From Auanema rhodensis (lineage: Eukaryota; Animalia; Nematoda), in NCBI GenBank assembly GCA_964057225.1, contig OZ059900.1:17670001-17734000 (forward strand): a DNA stretch of 64,000 nt, in the 5' to 3' direction. The stretch's first letter is position 1, and each line of letters opens with the position of its first letter. The notes beneath the pieces are model-generated. The model had not been told where the DNA came from and did no database searches. It saw only the letters and a program-made list of their open reading frames with translations. The position numbers and the translations under genes are program-made. This document shows positions 28,201-40,100 of this stretch, piece after piece.

Positions 28201-31102
28201 CAACGTCTAGTTCCACTTTCACGACAAAAAAACAGGGGTTAGAAAATTAAGGAAATTAGCATATTCTGAGGGCACGCCCCTTATGGCTAATATTGATTAA
28301 ATCGATTTTTGTTCATATGAGTCGTCAAATGCAACGAATTTCAGCGTGTTACATACTAAAATGAAGCATTTCACATGCTGAACACTAGAAAAATACAAAA
28401 ACACAGTATTTCTCATGAGAAATATTTTATTATGCTGGAAAACGAGTTTTTGGAAATTTCGCTGTAAACAAGGTTTTGACTTACGATTTCATGTGTTCAA
28501 ACTCATGCAATGTCAATGAAATCTAGCTCAAAATTGTTCCTACAACGTCTAGTTCCACTTTCACGACAAAAAAACAGGGGTTAGAAAATTAAGGAAATTA
28601 GCAGATTCTGAGGGCACGCCCTTTATGGCTTATATTGATTAAATCGATTTTTGTTCATATGAGTCGTCAAATGCAACGAATTTCAGCGTGTTACATACTA
28701 AAATGAAACATTTTACATGCTGAACACTATAAAAATACAAAAACACAGTATTTCCCATGAGAAATATTTTATTATGCTGGAAAACCAGTTTTTGGAAATT
28801 TCGCTGTAAACAAGGTTTTGACTTACGATTTCATGTGTTCAAACTCATGCAATGTCCATGAAACCTAGCTCAAAATTGTTCGTACAACGTCTAGTTCCAC
28901 TTTCACGACAAAAAAACAGGGGTTAGAAAATTAAGGAAATTAGCATATTCTGAGGGCACGCCCCTTATGGCTAATATTGATTAAATCGATTTTTGTTCAT
29001 ATGAGTCGTCAAATGCAACGAATTTCAGCGTGTTACATACTAAAATGAAGCATTTTACATGCTGAACACTAAAAAAATACAAAAACACAGTATTTCCCAT
29101 GAGAAATATTTTATTATGCTGGAAAACGAGTTTTTGGAAATTTCGCTGTAAACAAGGTTTTGACTTACGATTTCATGTGTTCAAACTCATGCAATGTCAA
29201 TGAAATCTAGCTCAAAATTGTTCCTACAACGTCTAGTTCCACTTTCACGACAAAAAAACAGGGGTTAGAAAATTAAGGAAATTAGCAGATTCTGAGGGCA
29301 CGCCCTTTATGGCTTATATTGATTAAATCGATTTTTGTTCATATGAGTCGTCAAATGCAACGAATTTCAGCGTGTTACATACTAAAATGAAACATTTTAC
29401 ATGCTGAACACTATAAAAATACAAAAACACAGTATTTCCCATGAGAAATATTTTATTATGCTGGAAAACCAGTTTTTGGAAATTTCGCTGTAAACAAGGT
29501 TTTGACTTACGATTTCATGTGTTCAAACTCATGCAATGTCAATGAAACCTAGCTCAAAATTGTTCCTACAACGTCTAGTTCCACTTTCACGACAACAAAA
29601 CAGGGGTTAGAAAATTAAGGAAATTAGCATATTCTGAGGGCACGCCCCTTATGGCTAATATTGATTAAATCGATTTTTGTTCATATGAGTCGTCAAATGC
29701 AACGAATTTCAGCGTGTTACATACTAAAATGAAGCATTTCACATGCTGAACACTAGAAAAATACAAAAACACAGTATTTCCCATGAGAAATATTTTATTA
29801 TGCTGGAAAACCAGTTTTTGGAAATTTCGCTGTAAACAAGGTTTTGACTTACGATTTCATGTGTTCAAACTCATGCAATGTCAATGAAACCTAGCTCAAA
29901 ATTGTTCGTACAACGTCTAGTTCCACTTTCACGACAAAAAAACAGGGGTTAGAAAATTAAGGAAATTAGCATATTCTGAGGGCACGCCCCTTATGGCTAA
30001 TATTGATTAAATCGATTTTTGTTCATATGAGTCGTCAAATGCAACGAATTTCAGCGTGTTACATACTAAAATGAAGCATTTTACATGCTGAACACTAGAA
30101 AAATACAAAAACACAGTATTTCTCATGAGAAATATTTTATTATGCTGGAAAACCAGTTTTTGGAAATTTCGCTGTAAACAAGGTTTTGACTTACGATTTC
30201 ATGTGTTCAAACTCATGCAATGTCAATAAAACCTAGCTCAAAATTGTTCGTACAACGTCTAGTTCCACTTTCACGACAAAAAAACAGGGGTTAGAAAATT
30301 AAGGAAATTAGCATATTCTGAGGGCACGCCCCTTATGGCTAATATTGATTAAATCGATTTTTGTTCATATGAGTCGTCAAATGCAACGAATTTCAGCGTG
30401 TTACATACTAAAATGAAGCATTTTACATGCTGAACACTATAAAAATACAAAAACACAGTATTTCCCATGAGAAATATTTTATTATGCTGGAAAACCAGTT
30501 TTTGGAAATTTCGCTGTAAACAAGGTTTTGACTTACGATTTCATGTGTTCAAACTCATGCAATGTCAATGAAACCTAGCTCAAAATTGTTCGTACAACGT
30601 CTAGTTCCACTTTCACGACAAAAAAACAGGGGTTAGAAAATTAAGGAAATTAGCATATTCTGAGGGCACGCCCCTTATGGCTAATATTGATTAAATCGAT
30701 TTTTGTTCATATGAGTCGTCAAATGCAACGAATTTCAGCGTGTTACATACTAAAATGAAGCATTTCACATGCTGAACACTAGAAAAATACAAAAACACAG
30801 TATTTCCCATGAGAAATATTTTATTATGCTGGAAAACCAGTTTTTGGAAATTTCGCTGTAAACAAGGTTTTGACTTACGATTTCATGTGTTCAAACTCAT
30901 GCAATGTCAATGAAACCTAGCTCAAAATTGTTCGTACAACGTCTAGTTCCACTTTCACGACAAAAAAACAGGGGTTAGAAAATTAAGGAAATTAGCATAT
31001 TCTGAGGGCACGCCCCTTATGGCTAATATTGATTAAATCGATTTTTGTTCATATGAGTCGTCAAATGCAACGAATTTCAGCGTGTTACATACTAAAATGA
31101 AA
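10240..31102 (+). repeat. Higher-order tandem duplication, period 10945 bp (32 monomers + 1 bp): copy 1 about 10240-21184, copy 2 about 21185-31102 (truncated)
   Basis: Private variants pair at exactly +10945: 13096/24041 (gatatc), 15020/25965 (taatatg), the A8 insertion (about 15915/26860), 16114/27059 (attctatt) and 19283/30228 (caataaa). The copies differ at 14141 vs 25086 and 17785 vs 28730. Confidence 0.93.
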
Positions 31103-31180
31103 TTTCCAGCATAATAAAATATTTCTCATGGGAAATACTGTGTTTTTGTATTTTTCTAGTGTTCAGCATGTGAAATGCTT
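31095..31180. other. Major orientation switch (+ to -) at 31102/31103; centre of a macro-palindrome with a 75-bp spacer (31103-31177)
   Basis: ...catactaaaatgaaa|tttccagcataataaaat...: the forward monomer ends at monomer pos 320, then the reverse complement begins at monomer pos 53. Confidence 0.97.
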
Positions 31181-34100
31181 CATTTTAGTATGTAACACGC
31201 TGAAATTCGTTGCATTTGACGACTCATATGAACAAAAATCGATTTAATCAATATTAGCCATAAGGGGCGTGCCCTCAGAATATGCTAATTTCCTTAATTT
31301 TCTAACCCCTGTTTTGTTGTCGTGAAAGTGGAACTAGACGTTGTAGGAACAATTTTGAGCTAGGTTTCATTGACATTGCATGAGTTTGAACACATGAAAT
31401 CGTAAGTCAAAACCTTGTTTACAGCGAAATTTCCAAAAACTGGTTTTCCAGCATAATAAAATATTTCTCATGGGAAATACTGTGTTTTTGTATTTTTCTA
31501 GTGTTCAGCATGTAAAATGCTTCATTTTAGTATGTAACACGCTGAAATTCGTTGCATTTGACGACTCATATGAACAAAAATCGATTTAATCAATATTAGC
31601 CATAAGGGGCGTGCCCTCAGAATATGCTAATTTCCTTAATTTTCTAACCCCTGTTTTTTTGTCGTGAAAGTGGAACTAGACGTTGTACGAACAATTTTGA
31701 GCTAGGTTTTATTGACATTGCATGAGTTTGAACACATGAAATCGTAAGTCAAAACCTTGTTTACAGCGAAATTTCCAAAAACTGGTTTTCCAGCATAATA
31801 AAATATTTCTCATGAGAAATACTGTGTTTTTGTATTTTTCTAGTGTTCAGCATGTAAAATGCTTCATTTTAGTATGTAACACGCTGAAATTCGTTGCATT
31901 TGACGACTCATATGAACAAAAATCGATTTAATCAATATTAGCCATAAGGGGCGTGCCCTCAGAATATGCTAATTTCCTTAATTTTCTAACCCCTGTTTTT
32001 TGTCGTGAAAGTGGAACTAGACGTTGTACGAACAATTTTGAGCTAGGTTTTATTGACATTGCATGAGTTTGAACACATGAAATCGTAAGTCAAAACCTTG
32101 TTTACAGCGAAATTTCCAAAAACTGGTTTTCCAGCATAATAAAATATTTCTCATGAGAAATACTGTGTTTTTGTATTTTTCTAGTGTTCAGCATGTAAAA
32201 TGCTTCATTTTAGTATGTAACACGCTGAAATTCGTTGCATTTGACGACTCATATGAACAAAAATCGATTTAATCAATATTAGCCATAAGGGGCGTGCCCT
32301 CAGAATATGCTAATTTCCTTAATTTTCTAACCCCTGTTTTTTGTCGTGAAAGTGGAACTAGACGTTGTAGGAACAATTTTGAGCTAGGTTTCATTGACAT
32401 TGCATGAGTTTGAACACATGAAATCGTAAGTCAAAACCTTGTTTACAGCGAAATTTCCAAAAACTGGTTTTCCAGCATAATAAAATATTTCTCATGGGAA
32501 ATACTGTGTTTTTGTATTTTTATAGTGTTCAGCATGTAAAATGCTTCATTTTAGTATGTAACACGCTGAAATTCGTTGCATTTGACGACTCATATGAACA
32601 AAAATCGATTTAATCAATATTAGCCATAAGGGGCGTGCCCTCAGAATATGCTAATTTCCTTAATTTTCTAACCCCTGTTTTTTTGTCGTGAAAGTGGAAC
32701 TAGACGTTGTACGAACAATTTTGAGCTAGGTTTTATTGACATTGCATGAGTTTGAACACATGAAATCGTAAGTCAAAACCTTGTTTACAGCGAAATTTCC
32801 AAAAACTGGTTTTCCAGCATAATAAAATATTTCTCATGAGAAATACTGTGTTTTTGTATTTTTCTAGTGTTCAGCATGTAAAATGCTTCATTTTAGTATG
32901 TAACACGCTGAAATTCGTTGCATTTGACGACTCATATGAACAAAAATCGATTTAATCAATATTAGCCATAAGGGGCGTGCCCTCAGAATATGCTAATTTC
33001 CTTAATTTTCTAACCCCTGTTTTTTGTCGTGAAAGTGGAACTAGACGTTGTACGAACAATTTTGAGCTAGGTTTTATTGACATTGCATGAGTTTGAACAC
33101 ATGAAATCGTAAGTCAAAACCTTGTTTACAGCGAAATTTCCAAAAACTGGTTTTCCAGCATAATAAAATATTTCTCATGGGAAATACTGTGTTTTTGTAT
33201 TTTTATAGTGTTCAGCATGTAAAATGTTTCATTTTAGTATGTAACACGCTGAAATTCGTTGCATTTGACGACTCATATGAACAAAAATCGATTTAATCAA
33301 TATTAGCCATAAAGGGCGTGCCCTCAGAATATGCTAATTTCCTTAATTTTCTAACCCCTGTTTTTTTGTCGTGAAAGTGGAACTAGACGTTGTAGGAACA
33401 ATTTTGAGCTAGGTTTCATTGACATTGCATGAGTTTGAACACATGAAATCGTAAGTCAAAACCTTGTTTACAGCGAAATTTCCAAAAACTCGTTTTCCAG
33501 CATAATAAAATATTTCTCATGGGAAATACTGTGTTTTTATATTTTTTTAGTGTTCAGCATGTGAAATGCTTCATTTTAGTATGTAACACGCTGAAATTAA
33601 TTGCATTTGACGACTCATATGAACAAAAATCGATTTAATCAATATTAGCCATAAGGGGCGTGCCCTCAGAATATGCTAATTTCCTTAATTTTCTAACCCC
33701 TGTTTTTTTGTCGTGAAAGTGGAACTAGACGTTGTACGAACAATTTTGAGCTAGGTTTCATTGACATTGCATGAGTTTGAACACATGAAATCGTAAGTCA
33801 AAACCTTGTTTACAGCGAAATTTCCAAAAACTGGTTTTCCAGCATAATAAAATATTTCTCATGGGAAATACTGTGTTTTTGTATTTTTCTAGTGTTCAGC
33901 ATGTGAAATGCTTCATTTTAGTATGTAACACGCTGAAATTCGTTGCATTTGACGACTCATATGAACAAAAATCGATTTAATCAATATTAGCCATAAGGGG
34001 CGTGCCCTCAGAATATGCTAATTTCCTTAATTTTCTAACCCCTGTTTTTTTGTCGTGAAAGTGGAACTAGACGTTGTACGAACAATTTTGAGCTAGGTTT

Positions 34101-37100
34101 TATTGACATTGCATGAGTTTGAACACATGAAATCGTAAGTCAAAACCTTGTTTACAGCGAAATTTCCAAAAACTGGTTTTCCAGCATAATAAAATATTTC
34201 TCATGGGAAATACTGTGTTTTTGTATTTTTCTAGTGTTCAGCATGTGAAATGCTTCATTTTAGTATGTAACACGCTGAAATTCGTTGCATTTGACGACTC
34301 ATATGAACAAAAATCGATTTAATCAATATTAGCCATAAGGGGCGTGCCCTCAGAATATGCTAATTTCCTTAATTTTCTAACCCCTGTTTTTTTGTCGTGA
34401 AAGTGGAACTAGACGTTGTAGGAACAATTTTGAGCTAGGTTTCATTGACATTGCATGAGTTTGAACACATGAAATCGTAAGTCAAAACCTTGTTTACAGC
34501 GAAATTTCCAAAAACTCGTTTTCCAGCATAATAAAATATTTCTCATGGGAAATACTGTGTTTTTGTAGTTTTTTAGTGTTCAGCATGTAAAATGCTTCAT
34601 TTTAGTATGTAACACGCTGAAATTAATTGCATTTGACGACTCATATGAACAAAAATCGATTTAATCAATATTAGCCATAAGGGGCGTGCCCTCAGAATAT
34701 GCTAATTTCCTTAATTTTCTAACCCCTGTTTTTTTGTCGTGAAAGTGGAACTAGACGTTGTACGAACAATTTTGAGCTAAGTTTCATTGACATTGCATGA
34801 GTTTGAACACATGAAATCGTAAGTCAAAACCTTGTTTACAGCGAAATTTCCAAAAACTGGTTTTCCAGCATAATAAAATATTTCTCATGGGAAATACTGT
34901 GTTTTTGTATTTTTCTAGTGTTCAGCATGTGAAATGCTTCATTTTAGTATGTAACACGCTGAAATTCGTTGCATTTGACGACTCATATGAACAAAAATCG
35001 ATTTAATCAATATTAGCCATAAGGGGCGTGCCCTCAGAATATGCTAATTTCCTTAATTTTCTAACCCCTGTTTTTTTGTCGTGAAAGTGGAACTAGACGT
35101 TGTACGAACAATTTTGAGCTAGGTTTCATTGACATTGCATGAGTTTGAACACATGAAATCGTAAGTCAAAACCTTGTTTACAGCGAAATTTCCAAAAACT
35201 GGTTTTCCAGCATAATAAAATATTTCTCATGGGAAATACTGTGTTTTTGTATTTTTATAGTGTTCAGCATGTAAAATGTTTCATTTTAGTATGTAACACG
35301 CTGAAATTCGTTGCATTTGACGACTCATATGAACAAAAATCGATTTAATCAATATTAGCCATAAAGGGCGTGCCCTCAGAATATGCTAATTTCCTTAATT
35401 TTCTAACCCCTGTTTTTTTGTCGTGAAAGTGGAACTAGACGTTGTAGGAACAATTTTGAGCTAGGTTTCATTGACATTGCATGAGTTTGAACACATGAAA
35501 TCGTAAGTCAAAACCTTGTTTACAGCGAAATTTCCAAAAACTCGTTTTCCAGCATAATAAAATATTTCTCATGGGAAATACTGTGTTTTTGTAGTTTTTT
35601 AGTGTTCAGCATGTAAAATGCTTCATTTTAGTATGTAACACGCTGAAATTAATTGCATTTGACGACTCATATGAACAAAAATCGATTTAATCAATATTAG
35701 CCATAAGGGGCGTGCCCTCAGAATATGCTAATTTCCTTAATTTTCTAACCCCTGTTTTTTTGTCGTGAAAGTGGAACTAGACGTTGTACGAACAATTTTG
35801 AGCTAGGTTTCATTGACATTGCATGAGTTTGAACACATGAAATCGTAAGTCAAAACCTTGTTTACAGCGAAATTTCCAAAAACTGGTTTTCCAGCATAAT
35901 AAAATATTTCTCATGGGAAATACTGTGTTTTTGTATTTTTCTAGTGTTCAGCATGTGAAATGCTTCATTTTAGTATGTAACACGCTGAAATTCGTTGCAT
36001 TTGACGACTCATATGAACAAAAATCGATTTAATCAATATTAGCCATAAGGGGCGTGCCCTCAGAATATGCTAATTTCCTTAATTTTCTAACCCCTGTTTT
36101 TTTGTCGTGAAAGTGGAACTAGACGTTGTACGAACAATTTTGAGCTAGGTTTTATTGACATTGCATGAGTTTGAACACATGAAATCGTAAGTCAAAACCT
36201 TGTTTACAGCGAAATTTCCAAAAACTGGTTTTCCAGCATAATAAAATATTTCTCATGGGAAATACTGTGTTTTTGTATTTTTCTAGTGTTCAGCATGTGA
36301 AATGCTTCATTTTGGTATGTAACACGCTGAAATTCGTTGCATTTGACGACTCATATGAACAAAAATCGATTTAATCAATATTAGCCATAAGGGGCGTGCC
36401 CTCAGAATATGCTAATTTCCTTAATTTTCTAACCCCTGTTTTGTTGTCGTGAAAGTGGAACTAGACGTTGTAGGAACAATTTTGAGCTAGGTTTCATTGA
36501 CATTGCATGAGTTTGAACACATGAAATCGTAAGTCAAAACCTTGTTTACAGCGAAATTTCCAAAAACTGGTTTTCCAGCATAATAAAATATTTCTCATGG
36601 GAAATACTGTGTTTTTGTATTTTTCTAGTGTTCAGCATGTGAAATGCTTCAATTTAGTATGTAACACGCTGAAATTCGTTGCATTTGACGACTCATATGA
36701 ACAAAAATCGATTTAATCAATATTAGCCATAAGGGGCGTGCCCTCAGAATATGCTAATTTCCTTAATTTTCTAACCCCTGTTTTGTTGTCGTGAAAGTGG
36801 AACTAGACGTTGTAGGAACAATTTTGAGCTAGGTTTCATTGACATTGCATGAGTTTGAACACATGAAATCGTAAGTCAAAACCTTGTTTACAGCGAAATT
36901 TCCAAAAACTCGTTTTCCAGCATAATAAAATATTTCTCATGGGAAATACTGTGTTTTTGTATTTTTTTAGTGTTCAGCATGTAAAATGCTTCATTTTAGT
37001 ATGTAACACGCTGAAATTAATTGCATTTGACGACTCATATGAACAAAAATCGATTTAATCAATATTAGCCATAAGGGGCGTGCCCTCAGAATATGCTAAT

Positions 37101-40100
37101 TTCCTTAATTTTCTAACCCCTGTTTTTTGTCGTGAAAGTGGAACTAGACGTTGTAGGAACAATTTTGAGCTAGGTTTCATTGACATTGCATGAGTTTGAA
37201 CACATGAAATCGTAAGTCAAAACCTTGTTTACAGCGAAATTTCCAAAAACTGGTTTTCCAGCATAATAAAATATTTCTCATGGGAAATACTGTGTTTTTG
37301 TATTTTTATAGTGTTCAGCATGTAAAATGCTTCATTTTAGTATGTAACACGCTGAAATTCGTTGCATTTGACGACTCATATGAACAAAAATCGATTTAAT
37401 CAATATTAGCCATAAGGGGCGTGCCCTCAGAATATGCTAATTTCCTTAATTTTCTAACCCCTGTTTTGTTGTCGTGAAAGTGGAACTAGACGTTGTAGGA
37501 ACAATTTTGAGCTAGGTTTCATTGACATTGCATGAGTTTGAACACATGAAATCGTAAGTCAAAACCTTGTTTACAGCGAAATTTCCAAAAACTGGTTTTC
37601 CAGCATAATAAAATATTTCTCATGGGAAATACTGTGTTTTTGTATTTTTCTAGTGTTCAGCATGTAAAATGCTTCATTTTAGTATGTAACACGCTGAAAT
37701 TCGTTGCATTTGACGACTCATATGAACAAAAATCGATTTAATCAATATTAGCCATAAGGGGCGTGCCCTCAGAATATGCTAATTTCCTTAATTTTCTAAC
37801 CCCTGTTTTTTTGTCGTGAAAGTGGAACTAGACGTTGTACGAACAATTTTGAGCTAGGTTTTATTGACATTGCATGAGTTTGAACACATGAAATCGTAAG
37901 TCAAAACCTTGTTTACAGCGAAATTTCCAAAAACTGGTTTTCCAGCATAATAAAATATTTCTCATGAGAAATACTGTGTTTTTGTATTTTTCTAGTGTTC
38001 AGCATGTAAAATGCTTCATTTTAGTATGTAACACGCTGAAATTCGTTGCATTTGACGACTCATATGAACAAAAATCGATTTAATCAATATTAGCCATAAG
38101 GGGCGTGCCCTCAGAATATGCTAATTTCCTTAATTTTCTAACCCCTGTTTTTTGTCGTGAAAGTGGAACTAGACGTTGTACGAACAATTTTGAGCTAGGT
38201 TTTATTGACATTGCATGAGTTTGAACACATGAAATCGTAAGTCAAAACCTTGTTTACAGCGAAATTTCCAAAAACTGGTTTTCCAGCATAATAAAATATT
38301 TCTCATGAGAAATACTGTGTTTTTGTATTTTTCTAGTGTTCAGCATGTAAAATGCTTCATTTTAGTATGTAACACGCTGAAATTCGTTGCATTTGACGAC
38401 TCATATGAACAAAAATCGATATAATCAATATTAGCCATAAGGGGCGTGCCCTCAGAATATGCTAATTTCCTTAATTTTCTAACCCCTGTTTTTTGTCGTG
38501 AAAGTGGAACTAGACGTTGTAGGAACAATTTTGAGCTAGGTTTCATTGACATTGCATGAGTTTGAACACATGAAATCGTAAGTCAAAACCTTGTTTACAG
38601 CGAAATTTCCAAAAACTGGTTTTCCAGCATAATAAAATATTTCTCATGGGAAATACTGTGTTTTTGTATTTTTATAGTGTTCAGCATGTAAAATGCTTCA
38701 TTTTAGTATGTAACACGCTGAAATTCGTTGCATTTGACGACTCATATGAACAAAAATCGATTTAATCAATATTAGCCATAAGGGGCGTGCCCTCAGAATA
38801 TGCTAATTTCCTTAATTTTCTAACCCCTGTTTTTTTGTCGTGAAAGTGGAACTAGACGTTGTACGAACAATTTTGAGCTAGGTTTTATTGACATTGCATG
38901 AGTTTGAACACATGAAATCGTAAGTCAAAACCTTGTTTACAGCGAAATTTCCAAAAACTGGTTTTCCAGCATAATAAAATATTTCTCATGAGAAATACTG
39001 TGTTTTTGTATTTTTCTAGTGTTCAGCATGTAAAATGCTTCATTTTAGTATGTAACACGCTGAAATTCGTTGCATTTGACGACTCATATGAACAAAAATC
39101 GATTTAATCAATATTAGCCATAAGGGGCGTGCCCTCAGAATATGCTAATTTCCTTAATTTTCTAACCCCTGTTTTTTTGTCGTGAAAGTGGAACTAGACG
39201 TTGTACGAACAATTTTGAGCTAGGTTTCATTGACATTGCATGAGTTTGAACACATGAAATCGTAAGTCAAAACCTTGTTTACAGCGAAATTTCCAAAAAC
39301 TGGTTTTCCAGCATAATAAAATATTTCTCATGGGAAATACTGTGTTTTTGTATTTTTATAGTGTTCAGCATGTAAAATGTTTCATTTTAGTATGTAACAC
39401 GCTGAAATTCGTTGCATTTGACGACTCATATGAACAAAAATCGATTTAATCAATATTAGCCATAAAGGGCGTGCCCTCAGAATATGCTAATTTCCTTAAT
39501 TTTCTAACCCCTGTTTTTTTGTCGTGAAAGTGGAACTAGACGTTGTAGGAACAATTTTGAGCTAGGTTTCATTGACATTGCATGAGTTTGAACACATGAA
39601 ATCGTAAGTCAAAACCTTGTTTACAGCGAAATTTCCAAAAACTCGTTTTCCAGCATAATAAAATATTTCTCATGGGAAATACTGTGTTTTTGTATTTTTT
39701 TAGTGTTCAGCATGTAAAATGCTTCATTTTAGTATGTAACACGCTGAAATTAATTGCATTTGACGACTCATATGAACAAAAATCGATTTAATCAATATTA
39801 GCCATAAGGGGCGTGCCCTCAGAATATGCTAATTTCCTTAATTTTCTAACCCCTGTTTTTTTGTCGTGAAAGTGGAACTAGACGTTGTACGAACAATTTT
39901 GAGCTAGGTTTCATTGACATTGCATGAGTTTGAACACATGAAATCGTAAGTCAAAACCTTGTTTACAGCGAAATTTCAAAAAACTGGTTTTCCAGCATAA
40001 TAAAATATTTCTCATGGGAAATACTGTGTTTTTGTATTTTTCTAGTGTTCAGCATGTGAAATGCTTCATTTTAGTATGTAACACGCTGAAATTCGTTGCA

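Larger units (their letters stand above)
1..31102 (+). repeat. 342-bp satellite DNA array, forward arm (about 91 monomers, continues upstream of the window)
   Basis: The motif aaaaatacaaaaacacagtatttccc recurs at 1, 343 and onward, and line starts repeat exactly at 3421, 6841 and 10261 (10 x 342). Monomers differ only at about 20 recurrent SNP sites plus two 1-bp A-tract insertions (about 15915 and 26860). Confidence 0.99.

Noticed and set aside
31000-31300. Main inversion as a long-read fold-back chimera
   Set aside because: A chimera would give an exact SNP mirror around the junction, but the flanking monomers and arm-wide allele sets differ. Read-level confirmation is still advisable.
38340-38552. 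70-aa ORF on the - strand
   Set aside because: It is an ordinary monomer opened by a private SNV at 38421 (TAA to TAT) plus the 1-bp A-tract deletion. All other monomers have the stop, and it has no protein features.
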